Assembly: GCF_009914755.1 (NCBI RefSeq)
Contig: NC_060945.1
DNA: 64,000 nucleotides
Direction: 5' to 3' (one strand)
DNA from: the human T2T-CHM13v2.0 reference genome, Homo sapiens
This document shows, in pieces, positions 42,267 to 56,700 of the stretch. The notes under the pieces were generated by a model, which was given only the letters and a program-made list of their open reading frames with translations, was not told the DNA's origin and searched no databases. Numbering within the stretch: position 1 is the first letter of the stretch; each line of letters opens with the position of its first letter. Both the position numbers and the translations under genes were made by a program.

Positions 42267-42439
42267 CTGCCCTGCTCATGGCCGGCCTGGCCCCCTTCAG
42301 TGCACACAATCTTTTGCCTCCAAAAGGGACATATTGCTGGGATGAGGGAAGGCTCTCGGTTTTGAGGAGCTGTCTTCTGTGCTTATCACGCAGGATTGAA
42401 TGCACAGCCTTTAGGAAATCCTTTCGGCTCTCTGGGGAG
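42267..42439 (-). CDS. TIAM1: TIAM1 penultimate coding exon (173 nt; SPESRKDFLKAVHSILRDK...RPAMSRA)
   Basis: Acceptor ttttcctag|C and donor GCAG|gtactg; ends in phase 1. Confidence 0.96.
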
Positions 42440-43275
42440 CTAGGAAAAGAAGATTTACAGATGTTAGAGAATCAGGGCTTAACACATGGGGAACTTCTAA
42501 GGTTATCAGGTGCAACCAAATAAATATCCCTTAGGGCCAAAGGCTAAAGACTGAGGCCTTGACTCCAATTTCTATGCTGAGCGGTGATTTCACGCCAGTG
42601 ATAAAGAGCACATAACTCCTTTCCCTTCATGCTTTGTGATCTATCTCCTGGCGCTGATGTGGGGCAGAGTAGCCCATTAACGAACAGATCTATGGACAGT
42701 GGGAGTTTGTACCAAGAAGCTGCCAAATTCTGCTCCTGGCACTCAAGGCAGAGTTTTTCATTATAAAATGTTTTTGAGGGCAAATGAACCACAAGATTCT
42801 TGCGGCTCTGCAGAGCACCCAAAGGCCGACGTCTCAACGTCCTAATGTCCTCTAGAGCTGAGCTCCCTCCTGGTAAATATCAATGGTTCCCATGACACAT
42901 TTCAACATGTATATATTAAGGCTGTAAAGAACTATAAAATCTTCCCAAGTCCTAATTCTCATGGTTAAAAAAAAAAAAAAAAAGTGCTTCCTAGGAAGAG
43001 TTATTTTTCTTATTATATTCCCAATATTTTTACCCAGGTAAGTTTTACCTGGTATTCCCTATTAACAATAAATACGGCATCCGTGTAGGCAGGGCTACTA
43101 AACCCCATGGACCTTACCAACAAAATCACAAACAGATGAGCCAAAATAGACGGTAAAGGTGGTGCTCAAACCCCACGAGGTTATACAAACAACATTTCAC
43201 TTATAGTCCTGACAGCTTCCCGGGGATCTGCCTTTTGTTGACCTCTGTCACCCAACACAGAGAGATCTGATGTAG

Positions 43276-43644
<369 letters not shown>

Positions 43645-43704
43645 TAGGCTAAGTACCATCTCTAAGCCTTGCTTCCCCATTTGTAAACTGGAGTAAGAAT
43701 TGTA

Positions 43705-43808
43705 TTAGGTTGGTGCAAAAAATAATTGCAGTTTTTGCCATTAAAAGTAATGGCACTTTTAATTACTTTTAATGGTAAAAACTGCAGTTTCTTTTTGTAC
43801 CAACCTAA
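43705..43808. mobile_element. MADE1 (Hsmar1 MITE), internally expanded, inside a MIR remnant
   Basis: TIRs ttaggttggtgcaaaa / tttttgtaccaacctaa; TA TSD. Confidence 0.92.
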
Positions 43809-44005
43809 TACCTTGGTCTGACTAAATGAAATAATGAATGTAAGGTGTTTAGCATAGTTCATGCTTGGTAAAGGTACCTTCTTACCATACTAACATTATA
43901 AAATATTGCTAATAATCATAATATTGATTCTATTGTCTTTTGTAGGTAATCCATAGTATATTAGTACTCACTGTGTGAGGTACTGGGTAATTACTGAGTA
44001 AATCA

Positions 44006-44404
<399 letters not shown>

Positions 44405-44810
44405 TCATCTATCTTGTATTTTTAGAAAAATAAAAGAATAGGTTTCATATGGGAGAAGACCTCAAATTCTCATGGCGGAGGGAGAGAATACAAGGAAGGG
44501 CAAAAGAGGGTGGCAGGGTAGAAGAAAAACAACAAGAAATAAGTAGAAGCCCACATCATGAGCCCAGCTTCCCCTCAAGACGTGCAGGTGATCAACACAG
44601 GCTGACCTCCATATGTGCTCCAAATGATCAGGAATCCCGATAACACCTTCACAAGCTGTCAGCTCCTCCCAGCTGACTCTCCATTTACTGCATCTCAGTG
44701 ATGTTACAGTACAAACAACGTACCAAACACCAGAACACAACGTAAGACACCAAACCGTTCCAATCTGCAGAAATGTCAACACGGCCTCGACTTTACAGGC
44801 CCAGGCTCAC

Positions 44811-44898
44811 CTGCAGCACAAGTGAAAGACCCTCTCCGGCCTCCCTTCAGACTCGGATTTTACATGGACAATTTCACACACGGCATTTGCCTCTGCAT
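44811..44898 (-). CDS. TIAM1: TIAM1 coding exon (88 nt; DAEANAVCEIVHVKSESEGRPERVFHLCCS)
   Basis: Acceptor tttctttag|AT and donor AG|gtgagc; frame continuous. Confidence 0.96.
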
Positions 44899-45135
44899 CT
44901 AAAGAAATTAAAACAACAATGAATCAGGGTATGTTTCAAGTGGATTTATTTACATGTTTGCAAAAGCATTTTTCAGCTGTGATAGAGGATTAATAATGCA
45001 GAACACTGTATAAGATCAAAGATATTTTCCTACTATTTCACAATCTAAAGAGATGAAGCGACTGAAAGCTTAATGGATGCAAAGAAGAGAACACTTGGAA
45101 AATTTCCAGTTGGTAAAATCTTCTAGATGGTCTAA

Positions 45136-45461
<326 letters not shown>

Positions 45462-47142
45462 TGAACTCACTCTTCCAGCCATGCAGTCTGGTTAACTGAA
45501 CTGTGCATTTCAATTAAATGATTAATTGTTTTGGCAACAGTTGGACTCAGTGGAGCCAAAGCCTCCTATGCAGATTTCATCCGGCCAGGGATACGACAGG
45601 TAAGCCTTTGCTGTCTGTTAAGGGAGGCTTCCCCCAGGTGGCTGGGCCTAAAGCCCTGGAGACCTAATTGGGTTTCTCGTCCCCAGCCTACCCCTGGAGT
45701 CTGCTTTGAACACAGCAGAAAATGGTATATCAAGAAGGTAAGGGACAATTTTAAAATAATTTTGAAGCTCTGTAGTGCCTATAATAGCACAGTACTTTAA
45801 GTCATGAATAAAGTGTTTGTGAAAGGAACAATTCACTGCAGACATTCAGGCCATACATTGTGAAGTCTCACTTTTATCCAGTGGTTCAGAACCCTGGTCA
45901 CAAACCCTCACTGTGGTTGCATGATTTAACCCTAACCAGAATCTATCTGCAAAAAATTGTACAAACTTTCCAAACTAAAATAAAAACCTAGAAATTCCAC
46001 GTTGTGATTCTCAAATCCACTAGAGTGGATTTCATAATGAAAGACATCTTGACTAGCCTTTATAACTCAACTAAAATAAGCTTTTATCTTGATGGTTTTA
46101 AACTTGACTTGAATGAAAAATAGAGAGTGAGAATGGAATGTCGTATTACAAAGATGGCTTTGTCTTCAAAATTTGAAGTTTTTATGTGTTTACTCCTCAA
46201 CGCAGGCGAAATTCCTGGCTTAGAAGCTGTCAGTTTGCTACAGAAATAAACTTTCCCATTTGTAAACCTGGCATGAGGAAACAAAGGAACTAGATAATTC
46301 ATAACCTACGATTCTAAGTAAGACTTTAGTATTTAAGTGCTCAAACCTCAAAATGCTATGTATTGCTGCCCTAGACTCACAACTTACAGGTGCCTGCAAA
46401 TTCATATATAAATCAATTTTGCAAATCACATCATAAGTAAAAGGGCATCCGGCAAATCTCTACTGGAAGCTTAGAGAGAAACCTTCTAAAACAAATAATC
46501 ATTCCAAATATATTTGCCCTACATGGTTTTTGCATTTGAGTTTTCCTACTGTAAGGCAGAAAAACTGTGAAGGAAGAGATGCCTCATTTAATTTGGAAGA
46601 GTAACTCAAAGTGTGCAAAATATGGCAAGAGGGTTCTCCTCATGACGTTGGACTAGGGTGGGTTGGTTTTCTGAGGATCAGATCCAGTTTTACTGCTTAT
46701 GACAAGTGGAAACAAGGAGGCTAAAAAACAGAAATTGGATAGTAGGAACTTGTAGATGCCAAAAGCATAAAATAGAAATTCTCTTGATCATGCACCTGCA
46801 GGTCTCTACCACCAAGGCTTTTCTTTACCAAAGCTGCACCTGCTGTCCAAGTGGGACAGGGAACAGATGTGGCTAAAGAGTTTCCATTTGACTCTCCAGA
46901 GATGCTCATTCCAGGATGTGCCTGGGAGAGCCACACAGTCCATTCCTCCTCTTGAGAACTTGGCTTCAAATTAGGCCCAGGATGGGGAGCTTCTGGGTCA
47001 CAGAAATATCACTTTTCTTAGTCAGTACCCCTGCTACTCATGTGTTTCAAGCATCGTCTAATTATATTATGAAGTATACTTATAGCTACCCAACAACTCA
47101 CTTCACTGCTATGTGGATCACAGAAAAAGAATCAACATTTCA

Positions 47143-47425
47143 GGTTGGGCATGGCAGCTCACGTCTGTAATCCCAACACTTTGGGAGGCCAAGGCGGGAG
47201 GCTTGCTTGAGCCCAGGAGTTCAAGCCTAGCCTGGGCAAAATAGCAAAACCCTATTTCTACAAAATATTTAAAAAATTAGCTGGTTGTGCTGGCACATGC
47301 CTGTAGTCCCAGGTACTTGGAAAAGATAGCTTGAGCCTAGAAATTTGAGGCTACAGTGAGCTATGATAGCACCACTGCTCTCCAGCCTGAGCAATGGAAT
47401 GAGACCCCATCTTTAAAAAAATTAA
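47143..47425 (+). mobile_element. AluJ (intronic)
   Basis: TSD aaaagaatcaacattt. Confidence 0.92.
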
Positions 47426-47958
47426 AATCAATGTAAAAAAGAATCAACATTTTAAAAGCCTTCACACTAACAGCAAAGATAAAGATTTGTAATACTTTAG
47501 GGAAAAAACATGTGTAGTCAATGCTTTTTAGTGCTTTTGGTGGTATTTTTGGATCTCTCAGTTGAAAGGCAAGTGAGTAGTTTATGTGGGCTTTGTTTGC
47601 TCAGTCTCAAGGATTCTTTCAAGAAGCACAGGCTCACTGTACTCAGGTGGTAGTCACTATAGTATTAATCTATAGAATAGAATAACTAGAATCTTTTCCA
47701 GGAATTTTGAAGACATTACACATCCATTCACTCAGTTCATTCATTCACTTGGTTCATTCATTCATTCATTCAATATTTAATCAATGGCTGGGTAAATAAG
47801 AGGCAATAGAGAGACCGAGAGACAAGAGAGTTAAGCATAGGGAAAAAAAAAAAAAAAAGACGGTAGAAGAGTTAGACCAAGAGTGTGGATTCAAACAAAT
47901 AATTCCTACACACATCAGAAATATGTGTGTGAAATACCCAGCACAGGTGAGAGTTTAC

Positions 47959-48061
47959 CTGCACTCGCCAAAGCTCGAACCTGCAGCGCTTCCGTGGGGA
48001 TCATGTGTCGAAATCTGAAGGGGTCCCAGTCCTCATAAATGGAAAGCCTGTGAGATCCTAC
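47959..48061 (-). CDS. TIAM1: TIAM1 coding exon (103 nt; VGSHRLSIYEDWDPFRFRHMIPTEALQVRALASA)
   Basis: Acceptor ctcctctgcag|GTA and donor G|gtaaac; not in the ORF track, found by manual translation. Confidence 0.96.
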
Positions 48062-48635
48062 CTGCAGAGGAGAAGGAACCAGCTGCATAAGAAGAATCTA
48101 ACCTGCCCCGGACCAGTTCCCTGCATTTTCTAAACCAGCGACAGACTCTCACGCAGTAACTCTAGGCGTGCCCAAAGGATCTTCACCCCCATGAGCTCCT
48201 GTCCATCCAGCAGGAAGTGAGAGGCTGCGTGATAAATACGTTGAGGGGAGGGTGTGCAAAGAAGTTTGCTAAGCAAATGCAGTGAAGAGAGACACACAGA
48301 GAAGAGGAGAAAAAGGATCCCAAAAGAAGAACAGGGGCAACAGAGAAGGGGAAAAGTAGCGTTAGGAAGGTTCTGGGCCATGGCAGACCCAATCACCAAT
48401 TGAGTCCAGTTGGTTCCAATTCACAAAAATGAGACCAATTCATGTTTGTGCTCTAAACATAAGCCTGCCTGAAAAGATGGCAGGATGAGTGATCTCAAGC
48501 ATCCTTAGCAATGCTTAAGAAAGAAAAAAGATCATAAAAAGGCTCATACTGACAAAATGGTAGAATTATGCAGGCATAACTGATAAGCAGATAGAGAAAT
48601 AGTTTCAAACCATGGGGTAACATAAGATGTCTTAC

Positions 48636-48694
48636 AAGTTTCTTCTTCTGTTTGGAACCATCTTTATACACAAGGACCACAGCAGTTTTGAAGA
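48636..48694 (-). CDS. TIAM1: TIAM1 coding exon (59 nt; VFKTAVVLVYKDGSKQKKKL)
   Basis: Acceptor ttttttccag|TC and donor CTT|gtaaga; frame continuous. Confidence 0.96.
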
Positions 48695-49458
48695 CTGGAA
48701 AAAATAAAATAAAGACAGTTATGGTATGTCATGTGTAGGGTTTTCCCCTTGACATCACCAACTTGTGGTAATAAACACTACAGTTATGAAGAGGACGTTG
48801 AGATCCCAGTTAACTGACTCCCACCCACCTTCCATTCATTCATCACATCTGTGAAAATCAAAAGCCTATTGAGACACAAGTTTCCAGGTTCAAAATAAAC
48901 ATAGAAAGCCTACATAAATGGAATTAACCTATGGCCCAAAAAACTTTTGCGTAAAATATGTTAGGTATGATACAATTTCAAGGTTAAAACTTCAGCTGAT
49001 ACATATTCAACAAAAATGTACTAATTCAGTAGATGGAGGAATAATATAAACGTCTTTCACAATAACAATGCAATTGCTGAAGATGATTTACATTTATGCA
49101 AATTAAGGTAATAGTGCACATAGACAGTGATAATTTAGGAAATATAACTCATCTTTTGACCTAAAGAAACAAAAATGAGTTTATGAAATAGAATTCAACT
49201 GTATGTCTTCCAGAATGACTGAATCAGGTAAGCTCTCTAGGAGTGGTAAACATGTAGTTTCATTCTTATATTCTTTCGGGGGTGGGGAGATACAATGGAG
49301 TTATGCATAATCTTCCAGAGAATTTGTTAAGCAATGCCAAGCACATTTAACCTGCAGTGATTCTGATTCTTCCTAGAAGGGTAAGTAGAGTTGGCACCCA
49401 GAAGGAATAGAAGGGTGACTGACTCCTGCCTGTCCTTTGTTCTCTGTGTCAGCGTCTC

Positions 49459-49774
49459 TGCTATGGTCCAAATGTTTGTGTTTCCCCAAAATTCATACCT
49501 TGAAACTAATCACCCTTGTGATGGTTTCAGGAGGTGGGCCTTTGAGAAGTGATCAGGCCCTGAGGACTCTGTCCTCATGAATGGGATGAGTGTCCTTATA
49601 AGAGACTTGAGAGAGATGCCTTGACCCTTTCGCCATATGAAGCCACAGCTAGGAAGTAGGAGAAAGCAGGATCTTGGACTTCCAGCCTCCACAACTGTGA
49701 GAAATAAATCTCTGTTGTTTGGAAGCTGGCCACTTTATGGTATTTTGTTATAGCAGCCCAAATGGACTAAGATA
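49459..49774 (+). mobile_element. MLT1A-type MaLR solo LTR
   Basis: tgctatggtc...ggactaagata; TSD GTCTC. Confidence 0.82.
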
Positions 49775-51344
49775 GTCTCCATTATCCCTTCATACTGACC
49801 CCAAGGAATAGCCCAGTCACACAGCGGCTGAAGGAGGCACAGCCTTGTACACCAGACACAGAATTACAAAAGGAACAAACATTCAGAGAATTCTCAGGGA
49901 TGGGCCACCAGGCTCACAGGCCCTTTGGAGGCCAACTGGAAGTATCTGGTTCAATTTCTATCCTACGGAGGGCAGGTCGGTCTTGTCTCCTCTTTGTGTA
50001 AGATCATGCTAATCTCCACTGCAGGGAAATAAGCGCTGAGATGCAAAGAAACTGACTCCAGCCACTCGGTCTAGACTGCCCATAGCCCTTCACACCTCAC
50101 AGCATCTGACCCCTCAAGGTTCCCAGAGCACAGACTGGCAGGTTCCCCACAAAGGTTCACACTGACCCGAGGAGGCCACACCAGCTCTTCACAGCAGCTG
50201 AGCACAAGCAACCTGAGAAGGCCTTTTATTCCCACTATGAAGCCTTCAGAAATCAGAGAGGCTGGGACAGCTAGGTCCTCTTAGAAATGAAAGAGCTCTA
50301 CCCCAATGACTCTAATCTCAGAAGCGCCACCATGCCACTGGGACCACAGCTCAATGCTATGATTCCCTCGATTTCCCTCAATCTTAACCATTGTGGATCA
50401 CAGCAGGAGGGCCAGAAAGTGAGCTTCAGCCTGGCACCGGGACCTCAGCCTCTCCCTTAAACTTTCCCTAATCCTCGGAGCTAGTGTTACTCAAGTGACT
50501 CCACAGTGTTGCCCGATCCCTTCAGACATGGCCTTGATGATCTCCAAAACTCATGCTACCTTTGCCAGCCTAAAGCATCCACTCTGTGCCCCAAAACGTG
50601 AATGTCAAATACCCTTCAAGGCAGAAGGCTATTTCTATTTTTGTTTGTTTCTGTTTAAGGCAACAATCACCAACATTTGGTACACATGAGCCATCCTGTG
50701 AAACATCAAGGCGCTTCGTTGGCAGCAAGTCAACTTCGGTTTCAGAAGAAAGCTGCACTATTTCCTGAGGTTAGAGGTTTAAACCAAAACAAGACAACCA
50801 CATTTTAACCCCAAATCTGCCGACTGAGGGTAACCATGATCCTTCCTTCACAGCACCTCTTCCTTATTTCAACTCCTTGCTCAGCCTTTCTGCTAGTTCT
50901 GCCTTGCTACTTGAAATCACACCCAAACCATCAAACTTGTCTCTTTAACGGCTGGGAATCCACAGAAGCTCATCATGACTACAGCCTTTGTTCATAATCC
51001 CAATTTTAATCCTTCCCCTTCTCTTTCCTATTACTCTGGAGAGGATTCTGAATAATGATAAACACGTCTTGTACCTCAGAGCCTTCAGTTTTTCTCTTAT
51101 GAACTACAGCCCCTATTGAGTTTGCTGACAGTGTGATGCCCATGAAGCTGGAGTATGCAGTCTCCATTTACACCAGGGACAGGTGCTGTGGGCCCGCCTT
51201 CCTGGAGACAGCACCCACACCGACTTCTCATAAACAGCCCAGGAGGCAGGGAACAGAGTAATGTAGAGTCCACTATCGGAGCCTGTGCAGAAAGTGGTAC
51301 CTAAATCCCCAACCTCAAAACCAGCATTTTCCTGAATCACTTAC

Positions 51345-51875
<531 letters not shown>

Positions 51876-52194
51876 CTACTTAAATTATTTTCTTATTCTA
51901 AATCTCTTGATTTCTAACTACAGTGAATCTGTAAAACTGAGGGCAAAGCCATGAAAAATCTAAATGTTGACCTCTATGACTGCTAGTCTGTAGTCCCACA
52001 TCACTGTGTGGGTCATTTACATCAATATCCTGCATCCCATGAATGACCCATTAAGCAGCATCCAGGAGATCCCAGACTCCTCCAAGAAGAAATCACTATA
52101 GAAGAAACACAAGTGGTGATGTTGAAAAGAAAGCAAATACTACTTCCCCCCTCCCCCAAAACACCTACCCCATCAAAAACTAACAACTTGTTAA

Positions 52195-52578
<384 letters not shown>

Positions 52579-53678
52579 TGACCTCAACAGCTACAGGGGC
52601 TCTTTGGAAATTTTGGGAATATTAGTAACTTTTCAATGAAGGCTAAGTCATTGAAATACAAAGTCCAATGGATCTTTGCATTAAATACTTTGATTTTAAA
52701 ATCACTAGGACATTCCATTTGGGGATACTTTGTTCACATCATGGAGGAAAAAAAAAAGTTTAGTTAAGAAGGAGAAAGCAACCTCCGTTCCCAGCAAGCC
52801 CACAAAAATAATATAAGGCAAGAGAATAAGGCAGATTTCCATTATATTATGTTCCTACCCATGAGTCTTTTAGCAAGAGGCTAGGACAAAACGCAACCTA
52901 AAACAAAAGCATGGAGTGTTGATAGTTTTATATTCATGAACAACACAGCAATATGCCAATAAGCATTTACATTGCAACAACAAGCTATGTTTCCTAAATT
53001 ATATGCTAACCCATGTTTTTTCTCTCTCTCAAAAAGCATATTACAATACAATCACATGAGATCTCTAATTGCAGCAATTGCATCCATCTAAACTGGTTTA
53101 TTAAAAAATAAGTCATTCGCAAACATCTCTAATTTCACTAGTATTGAGTGGCAATGCGATTGGGATGCACCTCACAGCTGATCCAGGCACTCCAGAGTTG
53201 CCACAACAGCTCAGCTGAGAACCAGCATCCTAAATCCTGGCCTTAAGACCAAACAGCAACAAAGTCAGGAAGCAAATAAAAGATCTAGGACTGGGGGGTC
53301 TCAGAAACAGAGGCCATTTTGTCTTGATTTTTCACTTTATTTTTCCTTGGTTTATAATTAACCCATTATTTTGAAAAGACACGCAGAGCAGCAGCCAAAA
53401 AAAAAAAAATTCTTTTCCTGCCTCTGTGTTTATGTCTGGGATAGACTTGGGCACAGCCATTTCCGCCCACCCATGTGGCTGAGTGACCACATAGGGCAAT
53501 TTAACTCGAAGGTTTCATTTAGTGTTTGTGAGATGTTGGTGGCTACGGCAGGAAGACCGATTCAAGTAACTGCAATTAACTTTATTTTTAATCAATTGGG
53601 TCTTGAAAAAGAAATGTTCTTGTTTTGAAAACTAAGCTAGACTTTTCCCCCTCCATAAAACGCTTTTCTGATACACAC

Positions 53679-53787
53679 CGAATGCTGCCAACTCTGGTTC
53701 CTTTTTCCACTTGCCCAGCGAGGCCGGCGGGTTCAGCCAGATCACGGTAGTGTGCAAAAGCAGGTCTCCCATGCTCAGATCTGCAAC
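53679..53787 (-). CDS. TIAM1: TIAM1 coding exon (109 nt; start of C-terminal PH: VADLSMGDLLLHTTVIWLNPP...ELAAF)
   Basis: Acceptor ggctttcag|GTT and donor G|gtgtgt; 36 codons +1. Confidence 0.96.
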
Positions 53788-56700
53788 CTGAAAGCCAGAG
53801 ACGTGACAAAGCTTACTGGGTGGTGTTATCAATACTCAGATTTTCATGATGTTTGAAAATTCAGCATGCTGATATTAATTTTACTTCAAGAAAATACTGC
53901 TCCTAAAAACATTTGCTTAAATATGTGAGATAATGCTAAGTTAAACTGCTGGATTTAGCCATTCCACAATGTAACATATCAAAACATCATGTTGTACACC
54001 ATAAATATATAAAATTTTTACTTGTCAATTTCATGTTTTTGAGAAAAGAAATCGCACCAAAATGACAGACTACATTTTTTAAAAATATTTTCGATTTGTG
54101 ACTGTCTCAATAAACACCACCTCCCATCAAAACAGGCTGAAGATACAATATCCAGTTAACCTTTCCAATGGGAAATAATAGTATCATTATGTTCTAGCCA
54201 AGTTTGAGCTAGGAACAATACAATGAAATTTTAACGAAAAAAAAAATCCTTTAATTCATATGAAATCTCCTAATTGAAAAATAAATCCTCTCCATTCCCA
54301 AAGAAACACATGGAATACAGGGGAGAGAAAAGGCTCATCTTTTTTTTCCCCATTTATTCCATGCTTGTCTACTAGAATTTCAGAAAAGGATGGCAAATAG
54401 GTACAAACTGGGGCTCTGAAATTCACATGCAGTTAGTCTGTCAAAACTGATCTACAAAACTGGAGATGTTTTGTGTTCAGAGACAGTTTCCCAAGGAGAT
54501 GCTAATGGCCGTCCATGACAAAGATCCACCCCCAGATAACTGCAGACATTTCCACCAGTGAATATCCACTTTTGGGAAATGTAGGCAAATTATTTCTTCT
54601 TCCAATCCATTTCAAAGACGACTTTATTTCACTTTAGATGAGGGAGAGAGAAGCCAATAAAGAGTTTGAAGATTCCTCTATTGGCACAGGCAGCGTGAAT
54701 GCTGGAATCCCAAGAGACCATGAGGTTTAGTCGCTCACCCCCAGCGGTCACACGCTAAACTGTCTCCGACAGACAAGTGCTGGTTGCAGAGCCATCTAGA
54801 CACGATGATCCAGAGAGTCTGATGCAAGTTCAACGTCTATGCCTCACAACAGTCCCGTCTGCTTTTCTCACTGCAGTCACTGGCCTCCTTCCAAATCTAG
54901 CTGGGTTTCCTATACAGCAGCAACCTGGCGACCCGCCACTGAACACAGTGCAGTTTGGATTGCCCTTCTCGAGCCACCAAAACAGGCTACCGTGCTGAGA
55001 TGTGGCTCCAGCAGTACAGGATACAGAGGTATTGTTGCCTCCCTTGATTGAAATTATTATAATCATCACTGTCATTATTACTAAGCTATAGTACCATTAG
55101 TACAATCAAGGGTTAAAATAATTTTTAAGCAGCCATATTATTTTGTCTATAGATATTAAGTAACTCATCAACCAAACCCCCAGGATATGATCAGCCAAGG
55201 TAATGACATAGTCTCCACTACCTATCCCCCGAAGACCCACATAGAAGAGGAGGAGTTACATACAAAAGACAAATTCCCAGAGGCCACAGCCCCTGGGAGT
55301 ACGTCTTTAAAAGTGATTAAAGGCCAACATGGTAGACTGTCCAAACTCTACTTCTTCCAACAGAATTACATTATCTGCACCTTCTGCCATGTGATTTTCC
55401 AGCACCTCCCACTAGACTAGGCAGGGTACACACATCGCCGCCCGGATGACTTTGGGTGTAGGCATGTGACTTAGAGCCCACCTTCCAGCCATGGGAAGGA
55501 CTTGCCCAAGACAGCCATTGCTGCTTCAGCCTGGATCCTGGAAGGAAGAGACAAGGAGCACACCAGAACCTTCAGAACTGGAGCTAACCAAGAGAAACCA
55601 AACCTTGGTTGACCTACAAAGCCACATACGAGATAAATATCTGTTGTAGAGAACCACTGAGATTTCCAGTTATTTGTTACACAACTGAAAATGGGCTGAT
55701 GCTGTTCCTGTGCACAGGGTTTTTCTCTGGACAAGCTTCCCAGGGCAAGTGGACTAGGGGGTCAGGGTGCTCCCTCTGGCCACAGCCTCTCTCTGGGGCT
55801 TCCACTGGTTCCCTTCTGAATCCTCCTCCCAAACCCCAAGAAAGAGTTCTGCTGGGAGGCCTCCACCTTACTAAGGACTGGGATGCCCGACTGAGTCAGC
55901 ATTTTTAAGGACTTCTTTTAAGGGGAAATGCCCTCTTGCATTCTTCTTCCTCCTAGTTAAGCAAAAGGGATTTCTTAGCCTAACTCCCCAGAGTTTAACA
56001 TGGGGGTAGGAGGTTGAAGGCCCAGTTTCATCAAAAAGCTGTTTCTTTGCCAGCTTTGTTCTCTGTGAACCTATTTGCCTTCAGAGATATCTTAAGGAAT
56101 GTTGGTTGAAGACCCAATTCAGGTACCTTGTGTTCCTAGAATGTTACCATTTTACAATAAACCTGCTGTTACCAGCAGATACTGATAAATGTTCCTATTC
56201 CTCTTTACAAACTTCATCAATCCATTCTAGGCTGTTACTTCACATTGCCACTAAGAGGGAACCACAAGGATCAGGAATTACTTTTGTGAAAATCTGAATA
56301 TAATTTGGGTACCTCCACAATCACCCGCCTGAGTCTCCGTAATTCTTCCAATATACTGCTGAGAGCAGTGGAACAGAATTGTCATTGATCTTGGCACAGA
56401 CCATCCTATTTCCCAAGACTCATTCTCCCTAGGGTTTTGTTCTTACGGCATTGAGGCTGCTGCATCCTTTCCAGTTTAAAGGCCATTCTCCTCAATGGAA
56501 GAAAAAGAGATGAAATGGGGCTTAAGACTTGAGTAAAACCAACTGCCTTGGAGTAATTGATTCCCACTGGGGGTCTATTTCCTGCTCGTTTGTCTTATCC
56601 TTCCACAACAATATCTTCTCTTGCTCTCTTTGGCATCTTTTCCAAGCCAGAAATTTTCTGGGCTTTGCACCTCCTGGTAAAAGTAGGATTTTCCTCCTCT

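Noticed and set aside
41972-42523. Longest ORF in the track (183 aa, + strand)
   Set aside because: Antisense shadow of the TIAM1 penultimate exon plus purine-rich intron; no recognisable domain
50005-50015. catgctaatct match to antisense U6 snRNA
   Set aside because: Only 11 nt; flanks do not align to U6
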